From Nemertoderma westbladi (taxonomy: Eukaryota; Animalia; Xenacoelomorpha): 40,726 nucleotides of DNA. The DNA lies in NCBI GenBank assembly GCA_032718475.1, contig JAUCBJ010009086.1, positions 1 through 40,726 of the forward strand, read 5' to 3'. Shown piece by piece: positions 11,401 through 20,668 of the stretch. Both the position numbers and the translations under genes were made by a program. Within the stretch, counting starts at the first letter, position 1, and each line of letters opens with the position of its first letter. A model generated the notes under the pieces. The model had not been told where the DNA came from. It saw only the letters and a program-made list of their open reading frames with translations, and did not search any database.

Positions 11401-12206
11401 TGTTCTATGGGTTCTGCACTACCTAAATCTGTGCTAGTTAGCTGTCTTTTAACAGCGGGGGGCAAATCAGGCAGTTTATGACGGTGAGATGTTTTTCTAC
11501 GCCTGCTTAGACGAGATCTATTTCCTCCGCCTTCAGGATCGGTGGTCTCGCCTTCCTCCGATGATGTGTATCCTTGGCGCTTGGGAGTAGATCGACTCAT
11601 CATCTGCATTTGATTAGCAGTAAACTGTTTATTTATACTGTCTTGCGTCTCTTGCAGATTTTCCAACTCCAATTGGATAGTCTCCTCAGATGCTCTCCGT
11701 TCTGCTTCTGCCACTGTTGCCTTTCTTTCGGCTTCCGCCGCCTTTCTTTCTGCTTCTGCTTCTGCCTCTTTTGCCTTTCTTTCGGCTTCTGCTTCTTTTC
11801 TTTCTGCTTCTGCTTCCGCCGCTTTTGCCTTTCTTTCGGCTTCTGCTTCTTTTCTTTCTGCTTCTGCTTCCGCCGCCGCTGCTGCTGCTACCTTTCTTCT
11901 CTCTATCAGTTCTTTCTTTACTTGTTCTTCTTGGACTCTAACGAGGCGGAGTTTTTCATCACATTCAGCTTGGTTTGCAGCTAACATTTCGGCATCGATT
12001 GAGTCCAACACAAGCTTGGTTCCTTCACTATTAGGGGAAAGTCCAGAAAGCCGTCTCCTCAACTCTTCGTCTCCTAGGAATCGCTGATAGTCGGACAAAT
12101 AAATGTCGATAGCGTCTCTAGTTCGCGGCTTCTCTGCTGATGTTAATTCGCTTTCCACTTCGCTTTCCACCTCGCTTTCCACTTCGCTTTCCACCTCACT
12201 TTCCAC
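8406..12206 (-). CDS. gag-pol: BEL/Pao Gag-protease polyprotein fused in frame to the RNase H C-terminal stub; RT and integrase absent
   Basis: KFNGDEMKWLPF...EKLRFLIKCLEGPP (DUF1759-like), three BEL knuckles (CALCDGPHRLSAC, CYNCLRRGHQRRTC, CAKCGAKHHSLLH), aspartic protease ALLDSGS...ILIG...TRVGW, then directly WRHCLGTINPADIASRG...EEWP. No YxDD or DDE motifs. Confidence 0.92.
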   Translation of the reverse strand: MESEVESEVESEVESEVESELTSAEKPRTRDAIDIYLSDYQRFLGDEELRRRLSGLSPNSEGTKLVLDSIDAEMLAANQAECDEKLRLVRVQEEQVKKELIERRKVAAAAAAEAEAERKEAEAERKAKAAEAEAERKEAEAERKAKEAEAEAERKAAEAERKATVAEAERRASEETIQLELENLQETQDSINKQFTANQMQMMSRSTPKRQGYTSSEEGETTDPEGGGNRSRLSRRRKTSHRHKLPDLPPAVKRQLTSTDLGSAEPIEQFIQVKRLPTIVDEPEIIRPVVPKVTSVLETPTLPELNSKFPLHSTTLPVPGGTVHANTPVQIAEREIHNLSPVVPRQPATMLATPASAVEWVEEGRRGMNLLLGQMQETVHQLKGTVREGRAELQEVQQSIALERDKLVNIQKGIPIPPVTLCQPVRSEVLHAQGVEPTRIYTASEVETPITNPIKGDYRPVINDIPYRPDNDPRNLYTDNSILNNTMVQESFTRQMARTEARQAVKVGEIVKFNGDEMKWLPFNEYYKDSIQNSVLSNGEKLRFLIKCLEGPPKLMALKFIGYPDGLRQVWDTLNIRYGNKDNIAKYLYAKLVAPRHFLSSGIIEFSDEIQEICRQLDWLGKSHEYQSSMVIGAVVSTLPKGGVCTRWDKKVLYMNEQQRRSPTMADLMSFLDSEVKLQLIRQAREKTSENKVSEKPDSRRRIIPVCYTDDGESQASQEEDSGKDTAKSYYDNKTYKDVSKYKSRTSDRREQVTTTPPTSPKRIHGRKPEERTRVHNVNQVKVSNIKPKCALCDGPHRLSACAEFLKKSMADRRGVLWDKRLCYNCLRRGHQRRTCYSDARCAKCGAKHHSLLHTEFERNSPSQVSEPKSHVQFSDVNDTDQSSEWEGFYTDEFSDANESCYLINTAVYRRALTYEKDINDEFPPTTFAKQPSWKAPASNVGIREFPVVQVRVHGLNKSYIVNALLDSGSTGTFINQELAEDIFAGQPKFRTKLNMSGIMQVWKSTLTADYYVGVLSTPQDKLGTQGIRSVKMVAIKNFATTQAEPYNWDEDECIQHLEIPRFQTDYPGVQILIGQNAHEALETLEKRPAQPQPLQTYAVRTRVGWYFTGPSRRTLKERLPQQQVYQVKGEVESSDVDDPTEGTPYSSDNDDINSNVDQWRHCLGTINPADIASRGATPQELIDTPGWLGGSDSLSKEEEEWPPHLTTAEIRQAKGAEKVTRQPNHPAGRLCLLERDQKLSGNYGRQDTLPTTTSLIRQISRDSIT

Positions 12207-12365
12207 TTCGCCTGATGTAGTACCGGGGTTAGTTTAACTATAACGGTATGTATAACAAGCACAATTACTGTAGGAATAAACTTGGGGACATGAATGTTGC
12301 GAATAATCGCATAAACTCTGAATAATAAATATTACGCTACCCGTACAGAATACCCAAACAAAATA

Positions 12366-12888
12366 CAAACTAAACGCTGGCAGACTACTATCAAGCCTAA
12401 ACAAACTACAGTATGTGCAGATTCTGAAACTGTTAGTTAGTATGCGTTCTAACACGGTAGTACGACTTACTCTTTAAGAGGGGATTGACCTTACCGCTTA
12501 TGGCTGCCCCAACTTACTAACGGCACTTGATCAGACCAACTCTACACACGCAGCAATCCCTTCAGACCTAAAAATAGCTAGACAACAATCCAGCCTACAA
12601 ATATTTGAGTAATAACTATTACGGTACCTGAACAGACCACACAAACAAACACAGACTAAAACACTGGCAGACTACGATCAAGCCTAAACAAACTACAGTA
12701 TATGCAGATTCTGAAACTGTTAGTTAGTATGCGTTCTAACACGGTAGTACGACTTATTCTTCAAGAGGGGATTGACCTTCAGCATATGGCTGCCCCAACT
12801 TACTAACGGCACTTTATCAGACCAACTCTACACACACCGCAATCTCTCCAAACTCAACAACAGCCAGACAGCAGCTCAGCCTACAATT
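12366..12888. repeat. Two ~240-bp direct repeats in the 5' leader of the LTR element
   Basis: CTGGCAGACTAC.ATCAAGCCTAAACAAACTACAGTAT.TGCAGATTCTGAAACTGTTAG... occurs at ~12377 and ~12664. Confidence 0.85.
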
Positions 12889-13275
12889 ATCTGAACAATC
12901 TGAGCAGGGTCACACGCCTTCTGCTCAATATTAGCCTACTAGTAAATAAAACCGACAGAAATAAGTAAACTATACAAAAGAATGAGGGGTGATCAATCCC
13001 TATTCCCCTGGCAGCCTACAATATACAATAGATCACAATCGAAATAATACTAAATGTACTTGTACAGCAGTACCGGTACCGGTGATGACAGTTAGGCCTA
13101 CTGACCTACAGAAGTACCGGTTTAACAGTTTTACCGGTCACTACGGTATTTTGCAACCTTATTGCTTACTGCAATAAGATCATAACTGTTACTGTTCGAC
13201 AGAACAGTATTAAGCTGTATTTAATGCCTACACTTGCAACCTTATTGCCTACTGCAATAAGATTATAACTGTTAC

Positions 13276-14511
13276 TGTTCGCGCTTTTGAAGACCTTTAG
13301 CAGTTTAACCTGCCAAAATTTATATGTCTTTTAGTTAATTAAAACACCTTTAGCATACGCCAATAAGTTATGCTAATAAACAAAAACATTAGCCGAAGCC
13401 AGCCCATGCGCGATCATTCACCCGATGGATCTACACCCGGGAGGCTGAATTCGGATGCTTAGATTTTATTATTGCAGTGTAAGGTTGCAGTGTAAACCTA
13501 TTGTATTATTCGATAGATCACTAATAATTAATTTCTGACAGATATTATTAACTTTCGGGAAATATTAACAGTTCCTTTAGGACGTGGCGCTCTATCTATT
13601 TAAACAGAGCTAGGACTTATACTAAACGCAACGATAAGGCTTTATGATTAAAGTATAAGTCGCATTCTTTAGGAAATGCTTTGTTACCAGTCACATCACA
13701 CTCACAATCATGCACACTATTCTGCCGACCGTCAGTATATTTGATCACACATAAAGAGAACAGCAATTGACTCAGGTAGTGTCTACTAAATAACATTAGA
13801 TTCAATACACACCACATTGATATAAATCGCAATTGTTATATATAGCCCGCCTCTCTAACCTGTAGTGTATCAAGAAAATTGGGAATTTTGGGTGATTTAT
13901 CCGTATTCTCCAAAGAGCAATATTTCCATCAACAAATAGATACAATTAATAACTGACGGTAAATAGCAGTACAAACAATATGATTAGTGCAGTTAAATTA
14001 AGTGAGGTAACACCGCCGGTAACAGTTATACTTTCTATAATCTAAGCAGTTTACTAGAGTTCTTCCCAAAAAGCCGGTGTTTCTGGCTTAGACAGCAATA
14101 ACAACAAAGTATCAAGTAAGAGCAGTAAGACTGAACACTCTCCTTATGATCGGCTGAAAAGCTACACGTCGACAGGAAAAATCGCTCTGATTGGCTCAAG
14201 CCAAACAAAGAACCATGCATCCAATGGCTGTTTCCATGTCAGCAACCAGCTGTTAGATGTCGTAATATGAATCATCACGGCTAAGCTGTGAAAGGTAGTT
14301 GGTGCATTACAGGTTTTTTGCCTTACCATGTCCGCCAAAACACGTATATAACAGAATGACTTTTATGTCCGTTAAAACACCTGTAACGGTACCTTGCGGG
14401 CGAGGGGAATATATATACAGTTAGAGAACCTTTTTAGAGTATTCCAGCGCCTGGGGGGAAACTGGATTGCGAAGCAAAAGGGGCCAGTTATATCCCACAG
14501 AAGCTTTTACA
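13276..14511 (-). repeat. 5' LTR of the BEL/Pao element
   Basis: Minus strand starts TGTAAAAGC and ends CGCGAACA. CCAAT box near 14190, TATA-like CTATATATAA near 13840 and AATAAA near 13465 (minus strand). Confidence 0.95.
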
Positions 14512-16139
14512 CGTAGTTCGCAACATTGGGTCATATATCACCAGTTTCAGAGTTTTAACAATAACTGCGGGTAGGTGCTACGCGTAGCTACGCGTAGGTG
14601 CTACGCGTAGCTACGCGTAGCTACGCGTAGGTGCTACGCGTAGCTACGCGTAGGTCCTACGCGACCTACGCATAGGTGCTACCCATAACTATGCCTATAC
14701 GTCGTTTATCATTAGTAGGCTTACGTATTCCAAAGCGAGTCAGTACTAAAATAAGACACAATACGGTATGTTCAATAAACAACCCACAACCATCAAATGC
14801 TTTCAACAGTAATGTATCCTATACCTGTATAGTGTATACTCTATATAGAGGAATACGCGACGAAGACTACATATTCTTCACTTCATGCGTTGCGGGCGGT
14901 AAAATGTGTTAATAATTAATGTTTAGAGTTCAAAAATAGTTTACAAAGGAAATAGGCCGATGGTTCTTATCGATTCTCTATGCTTTTTATTGCCTTTGTT
15001 CACGATAGGGCAAGGATATATTTAATATTTTAACCCCTTGACAAGGGAAGGGGGAGACTAAATTATCTACCATGATTGGTTGCACTTGTTATTTGACCAA
15101 ACAATTTGATTATATGCAGTATTTATCAGCTTTCGCTTAACCTCTTCACCGGTAGACTGGGTCGCTTTATTTGCTACTGTTCAATATTTAAATAATCCAA
15201 TGGAAACAAAGATACTTGAATCATGAGACGTGAATTTTAAGTTTACTTTTTATTCATCCTCTGTGTTTGTATGTGAAAGAGCCGAATATTATTTATTACC
15301 AGTGCTGTATGTAGAGATATGAGTTTCCGATTCTGTTATTACATTTGTCTGATAATCAGATACCTGACATATACCGATACTTGCCTAACAACTCAACCCT
15401 ACCGGACCTGAAATGAAAAATCATTGTTATCAGGACTGCTACGCGTAGCACCTACGCGTAGCTACGCGTAGCACCTACGCGTAGTTCCAAAATACCTACG
15501 CGTAGTTCCAAAATAACTACGCGTAGTTTTAAAACACCTACGCGTAGTTGTTAAAAAGGCAGTAAGTCTGGCCCTACCGGTAAATGACAGGAATGGAAGT
15601 TACAAACTACGCGTAGCTACGCGTAGGCCTACGCGTAGGTCGAAAAGATTTACCCCTGTCAGTGTTGCCTCTGTCGATTGTCTGCTACCGGTTCTACAGT
15701 TCAGCAGTTCTATGCCAGTATGCTGTCAGCTGACTTCGGACTGTCATTTGGCTGGTTGTCTGTGCACTGTGCTGCTGTCAGGCTGTGTCTGATGACTTCT
15801 TTCTGTCTTTCGGTTGTCTGCCCCTGCTGTCGGAGTAACGTTCAGACGTTTAGGCCGTACTGCCGTAGGCCCTACATTCCCATACTTCTGTCAGTCTGTA
15901 CTCCAGTACTGCAGTAGGCCTACTGCAGCTAGCAGCTAGTGCAGTACTCTGGTACTTAGCACTTAGGCCTACTGGCCTACCCAGCCCAGATATACCATTT
16001 CCTGATTTCAGTTATATCACAGGACAGGGTTGTTTTGTTTATTTATTCGAATCTGACGTTCGCTCTCCGAACTCTCGCAGTACCGGTACCAACTACACTC
16101 TGACTCTAGCAGTCTAGGCTAGGGTAGCACAATCTGACA

Positions 16140-17675
16140 ATGTTTCGTGTGGTGGGATTACGATTGCCGATACTTACATCCGGTACCGGAAATTCCTTCA
16201 CAACTCCTCGGCCGCAGGTAAAACTCCTTCGAAATATTAACAGCTCAAGAAACAAACTATGTTTCTCAGTAAGTAGATTCCCTCGTGGCAATACCCACAT
16301 AACAAACCCTGCCGCACACAGTAGATCGGCACCAGGGTTCCCGCGACAATGTGTTAGATTTTATTCGAGTGACTTGCCGCCACATTTTAGGGTGGCGTTA
16401 CCAGCACTGTCACCAACGATGGAGCAGGGAACGGTGGTGCGATGGGAGAAGCAGGAGGGGGATGCTTTATCAGAGGGGGACCTTTTGTGCGAGATCGAGA
16501 CGGACAAAGCGGTGATGGGATTCGAGACGCCAGAGGAAGGGTTTGTGGCGAAGATTTTAGTGCAAGAAGGTGATAAGGACGTACCTATAGGGAAGATAAT
16601 GTGTATCATAGTGGAGGATGCCAAGGATGCCGCTGCATTCGCTGATTTCGTGGACGATGTGGAGGTTGTCGCTCCGCAGTCTGCGCCGCAGACTCACTCG
16701 CAACCGGCGCCGGGGAAAAAATCAATAGAGATTGCCCCGGGATCGGTACCCGTGGCTGCTGCCCAGCCGACAGTCCCGTCGTCTCAACCACCGCGTCCCG
16801 TGGCTCCCTCCCAACCCGCGTCTCCACCCCCCACTGCGCGACCTCCGCCTCTTCCCCCCTCCCCCCAGCCTGCCTCCCCCCAGCCCACCTCCGCCCAACC
16901 CTCCCACCGCCCATTCGCCTCCCCCTTCGCCCGCACCACGGCTCTCGCCCGCGGGATTCCCATCGCTTCTCTCGTCGGCCTCGGTACCGGACCTTCCGGG
17001 CGGATTATCGCCAGAGACGTCATCGCTTTCGATCCCGCTCTGAGCGCCGCTCCTCTCCAGCAGCAGCAGGTGTCCCCACAGGAACGTGCTGCCATGGCGA
17101 CCGCATCCAAACAAACCATCCCTCATTACTACTTAACGGTGGAGTTGAATCTTTCCTCTTGTATCGAGACCCTCTCGGATATAGACGCACCGGGTCTCTC
17201 CTTCAAGGAGGTCCTAATAAAGGCAGCGGCAATGGCCTCTCTCAAAGTACCGGAAGCCAATAGTTCGTGGCAGGGTGACGTCATCCGACAGTTTAACTCT
17301 GTGGACATCAACGTGACTCTGACTAATCACGTTGTCACGCTGCTCGGGTGTCACGCTCTCAGTCTGTCACAGATTCGCGACGGTTTGCTCTCGGTACCTG
17401 CGACGCAGCCGTTGGACGGGACCTTCAGCGTGGTGTTCCAGGATCACGTGACCTCGTTCCAACCGATCATCCGGTCGCCCCAGGCCTGCTGCTTGGCCGT
17501 CGGCTCGCCTCGCGACAGACTCGCCTTCGATCCCGTCTCCGAGTCGTTTATTCCGGCTACCATGGTTGCCGCTAGTCTCAGTTGCGACCACCGCGTTGTA
17601 GACGGGGCTGTCGGCGCTCAGTGGCTTAAATGGTTCGTTAAGTACGCAGAAACTCCAGCCGCTATGCTGCTATGA
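16140..17675 (+). CDS. DLAT: Intronless, divergent dihydrolipoamide acetyltransferase (pyruvate dehydrogenase E2)-like protein, mitochondrial
   Basis: Arg/Ser-rich transit peptide, one lipoyl domain (LPALSPTM...CEIETDKA), Pro/Ala linker, subunit-binding domain (FASPFAR...GTGPSGRI..DV), and catalytic domain (SKQTIPHYY, KVPEANSSW, LSCDHRVVDGAVGAQWL). Confidence 0.92.
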   Translation: MFRVVGLRLPILTSGTGNSFTTPRPQVKLLRNINSSRNKLCFSVSRFPRGNTHITNPAAHSRSAPGFPRQCVRFYSSDLPPHFRVALPALSPTMEQGTVVRWEKQEGDALSEGDLLCEIETDKAVMGFETPEEGFVAKILVQEGDKDVPIGKIMCIIVEDAKDAAAFADFVDDVEVVAPQSAPQTHSQPAPGKKSIEIAPGSVPVAAAQPTVPSSQPPRPVAPSQPASPPPTARPPPLPPSPQPASPQPTSAQPSHRPFASPFARTTALARGIPIASLVGLGTGPSGRIIARDVIAFDPALSAAPLQQQQVSPQERAAMATASKQTIPHYYLTVELNLSSCIETLSDIDAPGLSFKEVLIKAAAMASLKVPEANSSWQGDVIRQFNSVDINVTLTNHVVTLLGCHALSLSQIRDGLLSVPATQPLDGTFSVVFQDHVTSFQPIIRSPQACCLAVGSPRDRLAFDPVSESFIPATMVAASLSCDHRVVDGAVGAQWLKWFVKYAETPAAMLL

Positions 17676-18069
17676 TTAGTTGCTAGAATGTTTTACTGTT
17701 TATAGGCTGTTAGAATTATAATAATACTTGTATATAAGAACTATTAATAGTATCCGTATAGAATTAATGCTGCGCGATAATATGAAATATTAAGTCTTAA
17801 TTATTATTGATCCTGGGAAGTTTATTATATATTGGAAAAATTAGGTCACAATGATCAACATCACAATTGTTCCTCATTGTTTGTTGGGCCAATGCAACTC
17901 CCAACTCACTGACCGACAGACGTCAACACAAACGTTGGCTATCATAGAGGAATATTGCAGAGTAGTGAAGTATCTCTTCTCTAGTTAAGGCACTGAGTGA
18001 ACTTTATTTTGAAAATTGACAACTACCAAATATAATCAACATGTAATTTCTGTTTTCATTTGTAATAAG

Positions 18070-18334
18070 TAGTCTCTGTAGGTAGGTTCTCGCCCAGGTC
18101 ACCCACCGGTGGATCATTAACTAGAGAGTTTGTATTGCTGACTGGATCATGTCTAAGTGACCAAATGGAATCAAAAGAAAATTATGTTAACTATATGAGT
18201 ATATTTCGGGCAACAACCCTTTATCAACTCACGCGTTGAATGAATTGATAAAGGGCTGTTTCCTGATATTCATATCGTAACATAATTTTCTTTTGATTCC
18301 ATTTGGTCCAGCCAACAAACAAACTCTTTATTTA
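18070..18334. mobile_element. Small palindromic Penelope-like (PLE) derived element with minimal hammerhead motifs, copy 1
   Basis: ~45-bp unique left segment plus ~215-bp imperfect palindrome centred near ACGCGT. 12-bp TSD ATTTGTAATAAG (18058-18069 / 18335-18346). Same family as 32335 and 36290. Confidence 0.7.
18195..18232 (-). ncRNA. Putative minimal type I hammerhead ribozyme (C3U/G8A core variant)
   Basis: Minus strand GTGAG-TTGATAA-AGGGTTGTTGCCC-GAAA-TATA-CTCAT: helix I TGAG/CTCA, helix II GGG/CCC, palindromic mini helix III and AUA triplet. The other arm covaries (TGAA/TTCA). Confidence 0.55.
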
Positions 18335-19545
18335 ATTTGTAATAAGCTACCGTAGTTTAAAAGTTAAAATGACGCGAGTTAATAAAGTCCATCTGGGGTG
18401 ACATTAATATTTATACAATAATATTTATTAGAGTAGTAAATTAATGTAATAGTAGAATAATAGCGGAATATTTCCTTTGTCGCACAGCTTTAATTATTAA
18501 TTAATAATTAACGGTGAGTCCAATGTGCACCGTTGGCGTACACATACGTACGTAGATATTTAGTACCGAGAAAACTTTATAGTTATTCAATTGGTTTTGT
18601 TACGATATATTATTGAATTTGTTTAATATTGTAGCTACATAATAATAACATCATTGAAAGTTTCTCATTTTTTAACTGTAAGTAATGAGAGAGAATATTA
18701 TGCTTCTAAGCTGATCCAGGTAATCAGGTATTATATTATGGGGAGTCTATAAATATTTTTATAAGATGGAAAATATTTCGTATTGGTGAAAAAAATATGA
18801 AGGTAGAGCAAAAATAATTATTTATTACATGGGAAAAAAAGTACTTTTTTCAGGCATGCATTTTATTTACCGAGCGCCAGCGAGGTGAAGAAAGAAAGGG
18901 TCGAGAGAATATTGGAAAATAATTTTCACATGTAATTCATAATTTTCAATTTTATTCGGTACTTTTTTTGTTGCTTAATTCTTTTTGAGTTTCATTTTGG
19001 AGTTCTCCTTACACACACTAAAGTTAAAGTAACGTTTGATTCTGTGAATGGATTTTGATCAAATTACTTGCAAACCTTTTCTACGTCGATGCTCTTTCAA
19101 CATATGTAATCTAATTGAAGAAATTCCACCAAAAATATTTGATATTATCTTTTTCGCCGGGAAAAAAAGTAAAAACAATGCAATCCTATTGGTTATATTT
19201 CAGTTTCTCCCGATTTTGGGTATATTCGAGCGAAAAAGTAACAATTTAAGAATATACCATCTTTATGCAGTAAATAACCAAAATACATGAGATCATTCTA
19301 GAACCCATACATAGTGTCTGTGTGGGTAATGGGGTCTAACTGATGAATAATGTTCCTATAAGATATGCGATAAATAAAGTGACAATGAATTCCACCAGTT
19401 GATCTCGATAGGTGGAGTAAAGCTTTCTATTAACTTTTCAATGTGTGAAGGTAAGTAACATCTGATAATAACGACTTCAACAGTTTCAATTTCTTTAATT
19501 CTACAAATTGTAATACTTGGTAAAAATTTAGGGTTAATAATTGGC

Positions 19546-19674
19546 CTTTGTGTTGCACGACTGACCTTTATTTGTCAAGTTTTGTGTGTCAAACAGGGCC
19601 TATATTATTTTACTTCTCATAGTATAAGGTTATCAGCCTGTTCTTCTGTAACCTTACCTCCAATGGAGTAAACA
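19546..19674. repeat. Dispersed ~130-bp repeat; near-identical inverted copy at ~38407-38535
   Basis: TTTGTGTTGCACGACTGACCTTTATTTGTCAAG...CCTCCAATGGAGTAAACA matches the reverse complement at 38407-38535. Confidence 0.85.
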
Positions 19675-19984
19675 AAACACGTTTTGTTTGCTCTAAATAT
19701 ATTCCTAAGACTTAAATATATATAAATGTATCCACGTCATACACTTATATATAAATAATGTATCCGAGCAGAACGCGATCGGTGGTGTAAAATAATGTCT
19801 AGTGTAAAATATACTGCATATAGCAGCAGATTATGGGCAACAATTAAACACTAAGTTTACGCTAAGCTTTCAGAGAGACCCTTTTATCTAGTATGATATG
19901 ACTCATGGGATACACGTTTTTTTTATATTTTGGGTTGGTGGTGCCGCAGTGTCGAGGCGAGACGAGATCAAGACAAGGGAGGAG

Positions 19985-20380
19985 GTACGCAGCAAACTTC
20001 GCCCGCGTCCAATCTTCGCCCTCAAAATGAGCAACTATCGCACGGCGGAAACCTTCGCCCGCAGACAATCTTCGCCCGCGAGCAACCTTCGCCCAATAAA
20101 CAATTATTGTTTTGGTTAGAAAAAGCCGTCTCTGTAACCTGTTCCTTTCCCTCTATTAGTAACACTATCGTTTATTGTTTTGGTTAGAAAAAGCCGTATC
20201 TGTAACCTGTTCCTTTCCCTCTATTAGTAACACCATCGTTTATTGTTTTGGTTAGAAAAAGCCGTCTCTGTAACCTGCTCCTTTCCCTCAATTTGTTACT
20301 AAAATGGTTACTAACACAAATCTTATTGGGCGAAGGTTGTACGCGGGCGAAGATTGTACGCGGGCGAAGAGTGCACCCAA
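19985..20380. mobile_element. MITE-like element with inverted CTTCGCCCGCG subterminal repeats enclosing three tandem ~66-bp units
   Basis: CTTCGCCC(GCG) repeats on the left and (CGC)GGGCGAAG repeats on the right. Internal triple TTATTGTTTTGGTTAGAAAAAGCCGT.TCTGTAACCTG.TCCTTTCCCT. Confidence 0.65.
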
Positions 20381-20668
20381 CCGCAAGGGGTTGTGATAAT
20401 AGACGCACATATCATCACGGCGAATTGGCAATGTTGTGTTAATTATCAATAATTAAGGGAAAGGAACTGGTTCGTGGTTGCAGTTACATATGTACTATAG
20501 CACAGGTTACGTATTATTTATTTAGTTTTTGAGGTAACCATCTGTTATATGTGTCGATTTTCCCTTGCATTGGGATTAATTTTGATTGCGTCACATCACA
20601 AGTCCGTATCTATCTGGCGGAGGCGGGTCTGGACATGCTGTATAATTATGCGTTCTGCATGCAATAAT

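Larger units (their letters stand above)
4022..14511 (-). mobile_element. BEL/Pao LTR retrotransposon, non-autonomous (internally deleted), recent insertion
   Basis: Two ~1235-bp direct repeats with TGT...ACA ends, a 5-bp TSD CGTAG (4017-4021 / 14512-14516), and a BEL-type Gag-protease ORF on the minus strand. Confidence 0.95.
3983..15655. mobile_element. Non-autonomous Mutator-like (MULE) TIR element, ~1.2 kb when the nested LTR element is removed
   Basis: TIRs GGGTAAATCTTTTCGACCTACGCGTAGGCCTACGCGTAG at 3983 and the reverse complement ending at 15655. 9-bp flanking duplication CTATCAGTG (3974-3982) / CTGTCAGTG (15656-15664). Subterminal CTACGCGTAG palindrome arrays at ~14577-14670 and ~15438-15545. 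Confidence 0.75.

Noticed and set aside
11574-11984. Cys/Phe- and Leu-rich plus-strand ORFs
   Set aside because: These are antisense shadows of the EAEAERKA coiled-coil repeats in Gag.
16361-17591. Several overlapping ORFs on both strands
   Set aside because: These are shadow frames of the GC-rich DLAT coding sequence.
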